Source of the DNA: Spirochaetia bacterium
Lineage (GTDB): Bacteria; Spirochaetota; Spirochaetia; WTKD01; G963693115
Assembly: GCA_965218205.1 (NCBI GenBank)
Contig: OZ244590.1
Span: forward strand, 915,271-979,270
Reading direction: 5' to 3'
Length of the DNA: 64,000 bases
The translations under genes were made by a program, and so were the position numbers. The stretch's first letter is position 1. Each line of letters opens with the position of its first letter. The notes beneath the pieces were generated by a model. That model searched no databases. It was not told where the DNA came from and saw only the letters and a list, made by a program, of their open reading frames with translations. Positions 29,166 through 38,399 of this stretch are shown one piece after another.

Positions 29166-31955
29166 ATGAAAAAAAATCATACATGGTTCATTATTTATAT
29201 TATTTTTAGTATTTTTGTTATTTTGATAAGTGCTTGTGAAGCTAATACTTCAACTAGCTCTGTAGCGGGGGATGATGTACTACCCTCTGCGGATGCCTTT
29301 GTAGAAGTAAAAAATATTATTAGTAATACTACCGACAGAAGTATTATATTGAAATGGACAGCTCCGACGCTTAGCGCTAGCCATAAAAAGAAAGACGGCA
29401 CAGCACTTACAAAGGCAGATATATCCTACAAAGTATATCGGGTAGAAAAGGGAGCAAGGAGCAGAATAATAGCGAATATTATGGCTTTAGATAAGTCACC
29501 CATACAAGTAAAAAAAGGAATAATAACCACGAATATCAATAATCTTAAGCCTACTACCACTTATGAAGTAGTAGTACAAGCAGTCAATTCTACTGACCCT
29601 ACAAAAGCCTCTACAGGAATAAAGATAGAAGTAACGACCCTTGCAACTAATCACGCAACAGCACCAGCAGAAGCAAGTAATGTTACGGGAAATCCAACCG
29701 ATATAAGTGCAAGTATATCATGGCAAGCTCCAACGCTTAACACTAGCCATAAAAAGAAAGACGGCACAGCACTCACAAAGGCAGATATATCCTACAAAGT
29801 ATATCGGGTAGAAAAAGGAAGCGATGCCCGAACAGTAGCAGAGATTAAGACAGCAGATAATAAAGCGATAACAGTAAAAGGAACAACAAGAATAAGTATA
29901 ACTAATCTTACACATACTACCACCTATGAAATAGTAGTACAAGCAGTCAATTCTACTGATACTACAAAAGCCTCTAACGGCATACGAATAGAAGTAACTA
30001 CTCTTGCTACTAATCAAGCAACAGCACCAGCAGACGCAAGCAATGTTAGAGGAAGCTCAGCCGATGACAGTGTAGAGGTATCATGGCAAGCCCCAACGCT
30101 TGATACTAGCCACAAGAAAGCAGATGGAGGAAGGCTTACCAGTGCAGATATATCGTACAAAGTATATCGGGTAGCAAAGGGAGACAATGCCCGCACAATA
30201 GCAGAGATTAAAACAGCAGACACGAACCCGCTAGCAGTAGCAAAGGGAACAACAAGAACAACTATAAGTAACCTTGCAGGTAGTACAACATATGAGATAG
30301 TAATACAATCAGTCAATGCAACCGATACTACAAAAGTCTCTACAGGAATAAGAAAAGAAGTAACTACCCTTGCCACTATTAGCATGAGAGCAAAGGAGCA
30401 AGGAAAGAGTACTACAGTTTCTACTCTATCAGCAACCGCACAAGGAAAAGACGGAACAACAGAAATTACTCCTATTGTAATGGAAGTAACGCCCAGTAGT
30501 GTAGTAAGCGGAGGTACATTTTCAATCAGCCCCAACCTTACAGAAAATACAGGCATTTCATTTAATACCAGCAACGGCACAATATCAGGGGTAGCGAAGT
30601 ATATACAGGATGAAACTAATTATACAATAACATTTACAACACAAGACGGCAGAACAGTACAGACCTCTATTGATGTTACTATAGTGGGGAAGCATAGTCC
30701 AAAAAATCAATACGAGCTAGTTAAATTAATAAATGGAATAATGGACACCGATAAAGACGGAGAGGCAGACGATAAAATTGACCCCGACTTAAACATTATT
30801 GATACAAGTAATATTACAGATATGGGGAATCTGTTTTCTGAAAGCACAAAATTACACCGTTTCAATGGAGATATATCAAAATGGAATGTAAGCAATGTAA
30901 CGGATATGCAACTAATGTTTCACGGAGCAACCGCCTTTAATGGAGATATATCAAATTGGAATGTAGGCAAAGTCAGAACTATGAAAGCAATGTTTTATAA
31001 AGCAACCGCCTTTAATAGTGATATATCAAACTGGAATGTAAGCAGTGTAACGGATATGTACGGAATGTTTAGAGAAGCAACCGCCTTTAATAAAGATATA
31101 TCAAACTGGAATGTAAGCAGTGTAACGGATATGTACGGAATGTTTAGCGGAGCAACCGCCTTTAATAGTGATATATCAAACTGGAAAGTAGGGAAAGTTA
31201 CTACTATGGAGTCTATGTTTCAAGGAGCAACCGCCTTTAATAGTGATATATCAAACTGGAATGTAGGCAAAGTAAAAACCATGAAAGGAATGTTTGCAGG
31301 AGCAACCTCGTTTAATAGAGGTATATCAAACTGGAATGTAAGCAGTGTAACGGATATGAGCGGAATGTTTACAGGAGCAACCGCATTTAATGGGGATATA
31401 TCAAACTGGAAAGTAGGTAATGTAACGGATATGAACAATATGTTTCACGGAGCAACCGCATTTAATGGGGATATATCAAACTGGAAAGTAGGCAACGTAA
31501 CGGATATGCACCGTATGTTTAGAGAAGCAACCGCCTTTAATAAAGATATTTCAAACTGGAATGTAGGCAGTGTAACGGATATGAACCGTATGTTTACAAG
31601 AGCAGCCGCCTTTAATAAAAATATTTCAAACTGGAATGTAAGTAACGTAACGGATATGAGTTATATGTTTAGCAGAGCAACCGCCTTTAATAGTGATATA
31701 TCAAACTGGAATGTAGGGGAAGTTACAAATATGTACGGAATGTTTAGCTATGCGACCGCCTTTAATAGTGATATATCAAACTGGAATGTAGGGAAAGTAA
31801 CGGATATGAGTTTTATGTTTTTGTATGCTCCTGCCTTTAAGAGAAATTTAGATAAATGGGGTAGCCATATAGGAGGTAGAACAGTGAAAAAGACCAACAT
31901 GTTTGCAAGAAGTGGAGTAACGACACCGCCCTCATGGTACTCAAGTAAAAAGTAA
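29166..31955 (+). CDS. surface lipoprotein paralog 1: 3 FN3-like units + Ig-like unit + 13 DUF285-type repeats
   Basis: 929 aa from the SD-supported ATG 29166 (AAAGGAG-6 nt-ATG). Lipobox ...FVILISAC. Repeats are SW(T/Q)AP...SHKK..G...SYKVYRV...TYE.VV and FN.DISNW.V..VTDM..MF. Confidence 0.85.
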   Translation: MKKNHTWFIIYIIFSIFVILISACEANTSTSSVAGDDVLPSADAFVEVKNIISNTTDRSIILKWTAPTLSASHKKKDGTALTKADISYKVYRVEKGARSRIIANIMALDKSPIQVKKGIITTNINNLKPTTTYEVVVQAVNSTDPTKASTGIKIEVTTLATNHATAPAEASNVTGNPTDISASISWQAPTLNTSHKKKDGTALTKADISYKVYRVEKGSDARTVAEIKTADNKAITVKGTTRISITNLTHTTTYEIVVQAVNSTDTTKASNGIRIEVTTLATNQATAPADASNVRGSSADDSVEVSWQAPTLDTSHKKADGGRLTSADISYKVYRVAKGDNARTIAEIKTADTNPLAVAKGTTRTTISNLAGSTTYEIVIQSVNATDTTKVSTGIRKEVTTLATISMRAKEQGKSTTVSTLSATAQGKDGTTEITPIVMEVTPSSVVSGGTFSISPNLTENTGISFNTSNGTISGVAKYIQDETNYTITFTTQDGRTVQTSIDVTIVGKHSPKNQYELVKLINGIMDTDKDGEADDKIDPDLNIIDTSNITDMGNLFSESTKLHRFNGDISKWNVSNVTDMQLMFHGATAFNGDISNWNVGKVRTMKAMFYKATAFNSDISNWNVSSVTDMYGMFREATAFNKDISNWNVSSVTDMYGMFSGATAFNSDISNWKVGKVTTMESMFQGATAFNSDISNWNVGKVKTMKGMFAGATSFNRGISNWNVSSVTDMSGMFTGATAFNGDISNWKVGNVTDMNNMFHGATAFNGDISNWKVGNVTDMHRMFREATAFNKDISNWNVGSVTDMNRMFTRAAAFNKNISNWNVSNVTDMSYMFSRATAFNSDISNWNVGEVTNMYGMFSYATAFNSDISNWNVGKVTDMSFMFLYAPAFKRNLDKWGSHIGGRTVKKTNMFARSGVTTPPSWYSSKK
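30860..31860 (+). repeat. array of about 13 tandem 75-nt (25-aa) DUF285-type coding repeats (approximate bounds)
   Basis: FN(G/S/K)DISNW(N/K)V(S/G).VTDM..MF recurs with a 25-aa period. Confidence 0.8.
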
Positions 31956-32173
31956 GGAATAGTAAACTTGTGTAGGGATGAGAAATATAAAATCTTTCAT
32001 AGTATCAATGTAAGATGTTTATTATTCTTATTCTTTTAATCATCCCTACACTTTAGTAAGTTTATATAAGACAGGAAAACTGTTATTACTATTATAAATT
32101 GAGTATATTTGAGAAAGGAGTTTTGCTATCTCATGTATGGATTTTTGGAGGCACGCAAGATGGTAAAAGTACA
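31956..32173 (+). repeat. 218-nt post-gene module, copy 1 (near-identical to 44485-44702)
   Basis: Aligned by eye with only a handful of substitutions. Contains the 12-bp inverted repeat 31970-31981 / 32040-32051. Confidence 0.85.
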
Positions 32174-32279
32174 TGGCTTTGAACATTGCGACCAGTAAAC
32201 CTCCATTCAAATATTTTACTTAAGCAGTGCTTAAAATTGAGAATAAAAGGCTATTTTTTAAAAAATAGACGTTTTACTA

Positions 32280-32308
32280 TTGCATTTTTTTTTTTTTCAT
32301 TGTATAAT
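32280..32308 (+). promoter_or_regulatory. predicted sigma-70 promoter of lipoprotein paralog 2: TTGCAT-17 nt-TATAAT with T13 tract (32285-32297) in the spacer
   Basis: Same module as 29085-29113 at a constant offset of 3195 nt. The -10 hexamer is a perfect TATAAT. Confidence 0.55.
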
Positions 32309-32360
32309 ATAGTCATATTTGTAAAAAATTCAAGTGTTAATCTTGAAAAAGGAGCGAAAT

Positions 32361-35300
32361 ATGAAAAAAAATCATACATGGTTCATTATTTATATTATTT
32401 TTAGTATTTTTGTTATTTTGATAAGTGCTTGTGAAGCTAATACTTCAACTAGCTCTGTAGCGGGGGATGATGTACTACCCTCTGCGGATGCCTTTGTAGA
32501 AGTAAAAAATATTATTAGTAATACTACCGACAGAAGTATTATATTGAAATGGACAGCTCCGACGCTTAGCGCTAGCCATAAAAAGAAAGATGGCACATCA
32601 CTCACAAAGGCAGATATATCCTACAAAGTATATCGGGTAGAAAAGGGAGCAAAGAGCAGAATAATAGCGAATATTATGGCTTTAGATAAGTCACCCATAC
32701 AAGTAAAAAAAGGAATAATAACCACGAATATCAATAATCTTAAGCCTACTACCACTTATGAAGTAGTAGTACAAGCAGTCAATTCTACTGACCCTACAAA
32801 AGCCTCTACAGGAATAAAGATAGAAGTAACGACCCTTGCAACTAATCACGCAACAGCACCAGCAGAAGCAAGTAATGTTACAGGAAATCCAACCGATATA
32901 AGTGCAAGTATATCATGGCAAGCTCCAACGCTTAACACTAGCCATAAAAAGAAAGACGGCACAGCACTCACGAAGGCAGAGGTATCTTACAAAGTATACC
33001 GAGTAGCAAAGGGAAGCGATGCCCGAACAGTAGCAGAGATTAAAGAAGCAGATACGAACCCGCAGGAAGTAGCAAAAGGAACAACAAGTATAACTATAAA
33101 TAGTCTTACTCCTACTGCTACCTATGAAGTAGTAGTACAAGCAGTCAATTCTACTGATACTACAAAAGTCTCTACAGGAATAAAGATAGAAGTAACGACC
33201 CTTGCAACTAATCAAGCAACCGCACCCGCAGACGCAAGCAATGTTAGAGGAAGCTCATCCGATGACAGTGTAGAGGTATCATGGCAAGCCCCAACGCTTG
33301 ATACTAGCCACAAGAAAGCAAACGGAGAAACACTCACAACAGCAGATGTATCGTACAAAGTGTATCGTGTTGCAAAGGGAGACAGCCCTCGCACAATAGC
33401 AGAGATTAAAACAGCAGACTCAAGCCCGCTAGAAGTAACAAAGAATACCACAAGCAAGACTATAACTAACCTTACAGGCAGTACTACATACGAGATAGTA
33501 ATAGTAGCGGTAAATAGTACTGATACAACAAAAGTCTCTACAGGAGTGAGAGCAGAAGTGACTACCACGAACCCCGCAAATGCCCCTGCAGAAGTAAGCA
33601 GTGTTACCGCAGGCAGTACAACGGCTAGCAGTACAACACTATCGTGGACAGCCCCAACGCTTGATACTAGCCACAAGAAAGCAGATGGAGGAAGGCTTAC
33701 CAGTGCAGATATATCGTACAAAGTGTATAGAGTAGCAAAAGGAGACAGCCCCCGAACAATAGCAGAAATTAAAACAGCAGACTCAAACCCGCTAGAAGTA
33801 GCAAAGAATACCACAAGAAAAACGATAATTAACCTTACAGGCAGTACAACATATGAGATAGTAATAGTAGCGGTAAATAGTACTGATACCACAAAAGTCT
33901 CTATAGGAGTGAAAAAAGAAGTAACTACTTCAAACCCAGCGAATGCCCCCACAGAAGTAAGCAATATTACCGCAAGCAATACAACGGCTAGCAGTACAAC
34001 GCTATCGTGGACAGCCCCAGCCCTTACTAATAATCACAAGAAAGCAAACGGAAAAAGACTCACAACGGCAGATGTGTCTTACAAAGTATACCGAGTAGCA
34101 AAGGGAAGCGATGAGCGAACAATAGCCCAGATTAAAACAGCAGACCCGACTCCGCTAGCAGTAGCAAAGGGAACGACAAGAACAACTATAACAAAACTTA
34201 ATTATAATACCGCCTATGAGATAGTAATAGTAGCGGTAAATAGTACTGATACAACAAAAGAGTCCACAGGAGTGAAAAAAGAAGTAACTACTAATTATAT
34301 ACCTAATATAGCCACCGCCCCAACAGACGTAAGCAATATTACCGCAGGAAGCACTACCGCCTCAAGTACAACACTATCGTGGACAGCCCCAACGCTTGAT
34401 AATAGTCACAAGAAAGCAGATGGAGGAAGGCTTACCAGTGCAGATGTATCGTATAAAGTGTATCGGGTAGCAAAAGGAGACAGCCCTCGCACAATAGCCC
34501 AGATAAAATCAGCAGACACAAGCCCGTTAGAAGTAGCAAAGAATACCACAAGAAAAACGATAACTAACCTTACAGGCAGTACAACATACGAGATAGTAAT
34601 AGTAGCGGTAAATTCCACCGATACCACAAAAGTCTCTACAGGCATACGAAAAGAAGTGACTACTGTAAACCCCGCAAATGCCCCCACAGAAGTAAGTACT
34701 ATTGTAGCAGGTAGTACAACCGACTCAAGTACAACGCTATCGTGGACAGCCCCCGCCCTTACTAATAATCACAAGAAGGCAAACGGGCAAAGACTTACAA
34801 CGGCAGATGTATCTTACAAAGTATATCGAGTAGCAAAAGGAAGCGATGAGCGAACAGTAGCCCAGATTAAAACAGCAGACACGACACCGCTAGAAGTAGC
34901 AAAGAATACCACAAGAAAAACGATAACTAACCTTACAGGCAGTACGACATACGAGATAGTAATAGTAGCGGTAAATAGTACTGATACCACAAAAGTCTCT
35001 ACAGGAGTGAGAGCAGAAGTGACTACCACGAACCCCGCAAATGCCCCTGCAGAAGTAAGCAATATTGTAGCAGGCAGTACAACGGCTAGCAGTACAACAC
35101 TATCGTGGACAGCCCCCGCCCTTACTACTAGCCACAAGAAAGCAGATGGGGGAAGACTTACCAGTGCAGATGTATCGTATAAAGTCTATAGGGTAGCAAA
35201 GGGAAGCGATGAGCGAACAATAGCCCAGATAAAATCAGCGGACACGACTCCGTTAGAAGTAGCAAAGAATACCACAAGAAAAACGATAAGTAGTCTAACA

Positions 35301-38255
35301 GGCAGTACGACATACGAGATAGTAATAGTAGCGGTAAATAGTACTGATACCACAAAAGTCTCTACAGGAGTGAAAAAAGAAGTTACTACCACGAACCCTG
35401 CAAATGCTCCAACAGAAGTAAGCAATATCACCGCAGGCAGTACAACGGCTAGCAGTACAACGCTATCGTGGACAGCCCCTGCCCTTACTACGAGCCACAA
35501 GAAAGCAGACGGAGGAAGACTCACAACGGCAGATGTATCTTACAAAGTGTATCGGGTAGCAAAAGGAGACAGCCCTCGCACAATAGCAGAGATTAAAACA
35601 GCAGACTCAAGCCCGTTAGAAGTAGCAAAGAATACAACAAGCAAGACTATAACAAACCTTACAGGAAGTACGACATATGAGATTGTAATAGTAGCGGTAA
35701 ATTCCACCGATACCACAAAAGTCTCTACAGGAGTGAAAAAAGAAGTTACTACCACGAACCCCGCAAATGCCCCAACAGAAGTAAGCAATATCACCGCAGG
35801 AAGCACTACCGACTCAAGTACAACGCTATCGTGGACTGCCCCCGCCCTTACTAATAATCACAAGAAAGCAGACGGAGGAAGACTCACAACGGCAGATGTA
35901 TCGTACAAAGTGTATTGGGTAGCAAAAGGAGACAGCCCCCGCACAATAGCAGAGATTAAAACAGCGGACACGACTCCGCTTGCAGTAGCAAAGAATACAA
36001 CAAGCAAGACTATAAGTAACCTTACAGGAAGTACAACCTATGAAATAGTAGTACAAGCAGTCAATTCTACTGATGCTACAAAAGTCTCTACAGGCATACG
36101 AATAGAAGTAACTACTACAAACCACGCAAATGCTCCCGCTGAAGTAAGCAATATTGTAGCAGGCAGTACAACGGCTAGCAGTACAACACTATCGTGGACA
36201 GCCCCAACGCTTGATACTAGCCACAAGAAAGCAGATGGAGGAAGGCTTACCAGTGCAGATGTATCGTACAAAGTGTATCGATTAGCAAAAGGAGACAGCC
36301 CCCGAACAATAGCACAGATAAAATCAGCAGACACGACTCCGCTAGCAGTAGCAAAGAATACCACAAGAAAAACGATAAGTAATCTAACAGGCAGTACAAC
36401 ATATGAGATAGTAATAGTAGCGGTAAATAGTACTGATACGACCAAAGTATCTACAGGAATAAGAAAAGAGGTTACTACTTTATCGTCTGCAAATGCTCCC
36501 GCAGAGGCACGCAGTGTTACGGCAGGAAGCACCACCGCTAGCAGTACAACAATTTCATGGACTGCTCCAAATCTTACAAGCAGTCACAAGCAAGCAAACG
36601 GACAAAATCTTACCAGTGCAGATGTATCGTACAAAGTGTATCGAGTAGCAAAGGGAAGCGATGATCGAACAGTAGCACAAATAAAATCAGTAGATACAAC
36701 CCCGCTTGCAGTAGCAAAAGGAACAACAAGCAAAAGTATAAGTAATCTTACTGGAAGTACTACCTATGAAATAGTAGTCCAATCAGTGAATGCAACGGAC
36801 ACTACAAAAGTATCTACAGGCATACGAATAGAAGTAACTACCTCAAACCCTGCAAATGCTCCCGCAAATCCCCGCAGTGTTACGGCAGGAAGCCCTACCG
36901 ATGACAGTGTAAGGGTATCATGGCAAGCCCCTACACTTGATACTAGTTACAAGAAAGCAAACGGGCAAAGACTTACAACGGCAGATGTATCTTACAAAGT
37001 ATATCGGGTAGCAAAAGGAGATAATGCCCGAAGTGTAGCACAGATAAAATCAGCAGACACGACACCGCTAGAAGTAGCAAAGAATACCACAAGAAAAACG
37101 ATAAGTAATCTAACAGGCAGTACAACATATGAGATTGTAATAGCAGCGGTAAATAGTACTGATACAACAAAAATATCTACAGGCATACGAATAGAAATAA
37201 CTACCACGAACCCCGCAAATGCTCCCGCAGAAGTAAGCAATATTGTAAGTAGTACTATTGTAGAAAGAAATCCTTACAATATTGGCACAACACTTATATG
37301 GACAGCCCCAACGCTTGATACTAGCCACAAAAAAGCAAACGGACAAAATCTTACCAGTGCAGATGTATCGTACAAAGTGTATCGGGTAGCAAAAGGAGAC
37401 CGCCCCCGAACAGTAGCACAGATAAAATTAGCAGACACAAGACCGCTATTAGTAGCAAAGAGTACAACCCGTGTAACTATGCATAATGTTATGTTATATG
37501 GAACATATGAGATTGTAGTGGTAGCGGTAAATAGTACTGATACAAAAAAAGTCTCTACAGGAATAAGAAAAGAGCTTACTGTAGAGAGTAACGCCACAGC
37601 CCCGCCAGATGCCCGCAGAGTGATAAGTTTTACGGGACACCCATCAAATAAAGCGGTAACAATATCATGGATAACGTCAACTCCTACTAATAGCCATAAG
37701 ATACCAGACGGCACGAAACTAGCGAAAACAGATATAGGTTACTATGTATATTATTTAGAAAAGAAAGGCAGCCCGAAAACAGTACAACAAATTAAAGAGG
37801 GAGATCCAACCCCTAAAATAGTATTCAATGCTACACAGGTAGTTATTTCTAATCTTAAGCCTTCTACCACCTATGAAGTAGTAGTACAGGCAGTCAATCA
37901 AACCGATACTACAAAAGTCTCTACAGGCATACGAATAGAAGCTACTACTTTAGTAACGCTTAATAATTTAGTGTTCAAAGTAAACGGAGAGGAAACTGTT
38001 TATCAATGGATAGATTACCCTGAAACTGCAAATATTATAGTAGAACAAACCCCGTTTACAAGAGGTACATATTCAATAAGCCCCAACCTCACGGCAGACA
38101 CTGGACTCTCTTTTGATACAAAAACAGGCAGGATATACGGACAACCCACTAAAACGATTAAAGGCTTTCAGGCCCGAAAACAGTACACAGTAACCTTTAC
38201 TGGAAACGATGGACGAACGGCACAGGGTAAAATACTCTTAAAAGTAAGAAGGTAA
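32361..38255 (+). CDS. giant surface lipoprotein paralog 2: 15 FN3-like units + C-terminal Ig-like unit, no DUF285 module
   Basis: 1964 aa from ATG 32361, with the same SD and lipobox as paralog 1. I counted 15 SW(T/Q)AP/SWITS motifs. The protein ends with ...YSISPNLTADTGLSFDTKTGRIYGQPT...KILLKVRR*. Confidence 0.85.
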   Translation: MKKNHTWFIIYIIFSIFVILISACEANTSTSSVAGDDVLPSADAFVEVKNIISNTTDRSIILKWTAPTLSASHKKKDGTSLTKADISYKVYRVEKGAKSRIIANIMALDKSPIQVKKGIITTNINNLKPTTTYEVVVQAVNSTDPTKASTGIKIEVTTLATNHATAPAEASNVTGNPTDISASISWQAPTLNTSHKKKDGTALTKAEVSYKVYRVAKGSDARTVAEIKEADTNPQEVAKGTTSITINSLTPTATYEVVVQAVNSTDTTKVSTGIKIEVTTLATNQATAPADASNVRGSSSDDSVEVSWQAPTLDTSHKKANGETLTTADVSYKVYRVAKGDSPRTIAEIKTADSSPLEVTKNTTSKTITNLTGSTTYEIVIVAVNSTDTTKVSTGVRAEVTTTNPANAPAEVSSVTAGSTTASSTTLSWTAPTLDTSHKKADGGRLTSADISYKVYRVAKGDSPRTIAEIKTADSNPLEVAKNTTRKTIINLTGSTTYEIVIVAVNSTDTTKVSIGVKKEVTTSNPANAPTEVSNITASNTTASSTTLSWTAPALTNNHKKANGKRLTTADVSYKVYRVAKGSDERTIAQIKTADPTPLAVAKGTTRTTITKLNYNTAYEIVIVAVNSTDTTKESTGVKKEVTTNYIPNIATAPTDVSNITAGSTTASSTTLSWTAPTLDNSHKKADGGRLTSADVSYKVYRVAKGDSPRTIAQIKSADTSPLEVAKNTTRKTITNLTGSTTYEIVIVAVNSTDTTKVSTGIRKEVTTVNPANAPTEVSTIVAGSTTDSSTTLSWTAPALTNNHKKANGQRLTTADVSYKVYRVAKGSDERTVAQIKTADTTPLEVAKNTTRKTITNLTGSTTYEIVIVAVNSTDTTKVSTGVRAEVTTTNPANAPAEVSNIVAGSTTASSTTLSWTAPALTTSHKKADGGRLTSADVSYKVYRVAKGSDERTIAQIKSADTTPLEVAKNTTRKTISSLTGSTTYEIVIVAVNSTDTTKVSTGVKKEVTTTNPANAPTEVSNITAGSTTASSTTLSWTAPALTTSHKKADGGRLTTADVSYKVYRVAKGDSPRTIAEIKTADSSPLEVAKNTTSKTITNLTGSTTYEIVIVAVNSTDTTKVSTGVKKEVTTTNPANAPTEVSNITAGSTTDSSTTLSWTAPALTNNHKKADGGRLTTADVSYKVYWVAKGDSPRTIAEIKTADTTPLAVAKNTTSKTISNLTGSTTYEIVVQAVNSTDATKVSTGIRIEVTTTNHANAPAEVSNIVAGSTTASSTTLSWTAPTLDTSHKKADGGRLTSADVSYKVYRLAKGDSPRTIAQIKSADTTPLAVAKNTTRKTISNLTGSTTYEIVIVAVNSTDTTKVSTGIRKEVTTLSSANAPAEARSVTAGSTTASSTTISWTAPNLTSSHKQANGQNLTSADVSYKVYRVAKGSDDRTVAQIKSVDTTPLAVAKGTTSKSISNLTGSTTYEIVVQSVNATDTTKVSTGIRIEVTTSNPANAPANPRSVTAGSPTDDSVRVSWQAPTLDTSYKKANGQRLTTADVSYKVYRVAKGDNARSVAQIKSADTTPLEVAKNTTRKTISNLTGSTTYEIVIAAVNSTDTTKISTGIRIEITTTNPANAPAEVSNIVSSTIVERNPYNIGTTLIWTAPTLDTSHKKANGQNLTSADVSYKVYRVAKGDRPRTVAQIKLADTRPLLVAKSTTRVTMHNVMLYGTYEIVVVAVNSTDTKKVSTGIRKELTVESNATAPPDARRVISFTGHPSNKAVTISWITSTPTNSHKIPDGTKLAKTDIGYYVYYLEKKGSPKTVQQIKEGDPTPKIVFNATQVVISNLKPSTTYEVVVQAVNQTDTTKVSTGIRIEATTLVTLNNLVFKVNGEETVYQWIDYPETANIIVEQTPFTRGTYSISPNLTADTGLSFDTKTGRIYGQPTKTIKGFQARKQYTVTFTGNDGRTAQGKILLKVRR
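32500..37950 (+). repeat. tandem array of 15 coding repeats of about 363 nt (FN3-like units; approximate bounds)
   Basis: The anchor AATGC(C/T) recurs at 34677, 35040, 35403, 35766, 36129, 36492, 36855 and 37218, exactly 363 nt apart. A 102-nt exact repeat links 33609-33710 and 36159-36260. Confidence 0.9.
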
Positions 38256-38286
38256 CATTACAATGTATTGTGTATAATATAACATA

Positions 38287-38365
38287 GTGTAGGGATGGTA
38301 GAATTTTTATATTTATCTCCATGTGGATACTGATATTAAGTATAGCTTTTTTATCATCCCTGCAC
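38287..38365. repeat. inverted-repeat module after paralog 2 (arms GTGTAGGGATG / CATCCCTGCAC, 57-nt loop)
   Basis: The arms match those at 31970/32040 and 44499/44569, with one A-to-G change that keeps G-U pairing. The loop sequence is unrelated but has the same length class. Confidence 0.6.
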
Positions 38366-38399
38366 TATAGAAAAGAATAATTTTTGAAGGGAGACAGTT

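Noticed and set aside
32133-32198. 21-codon ORF (MYGFLEARKMVKVHGFEHCDQ) in the duplicated 218-nt tail, with a 36-codon version at 44662 onward.
   Set aside because: The AAAGGAG is 12 nt from the ATG. The two copies diverge completely after codon 13 because the ORF runs across the duplication junction. In copy 2 it reads antisense into the PBP gene. It is most likely fortuitous.
32186-32404. 72-aa plus-strand ORF spanning the paralog 2 promoter module.
   Set aside because: It runs through the palindrome, the T13 tract, the -10 element and the SD of the real gene in another frame, so it is an artefact of AT-rich intergenic sequence.
33212-33979. Long antisense ORFs throughout the FN3/DUF285 genes. 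Examples on the minus strand are 30014-30580, 33212-33979, 36038-36535, 40199-40873 and 43668-44477.
   Set aside because: They mirror the repeat structure of the sense strand. They encode low-complexity V/S/T/A strings, have no SD or start context, and are explained by the Thr/Ala/Val-rich codon usage of the sense frame, which rarely creates antisense stops. The sense frames carry lipoprotein signals and recognisable domains.
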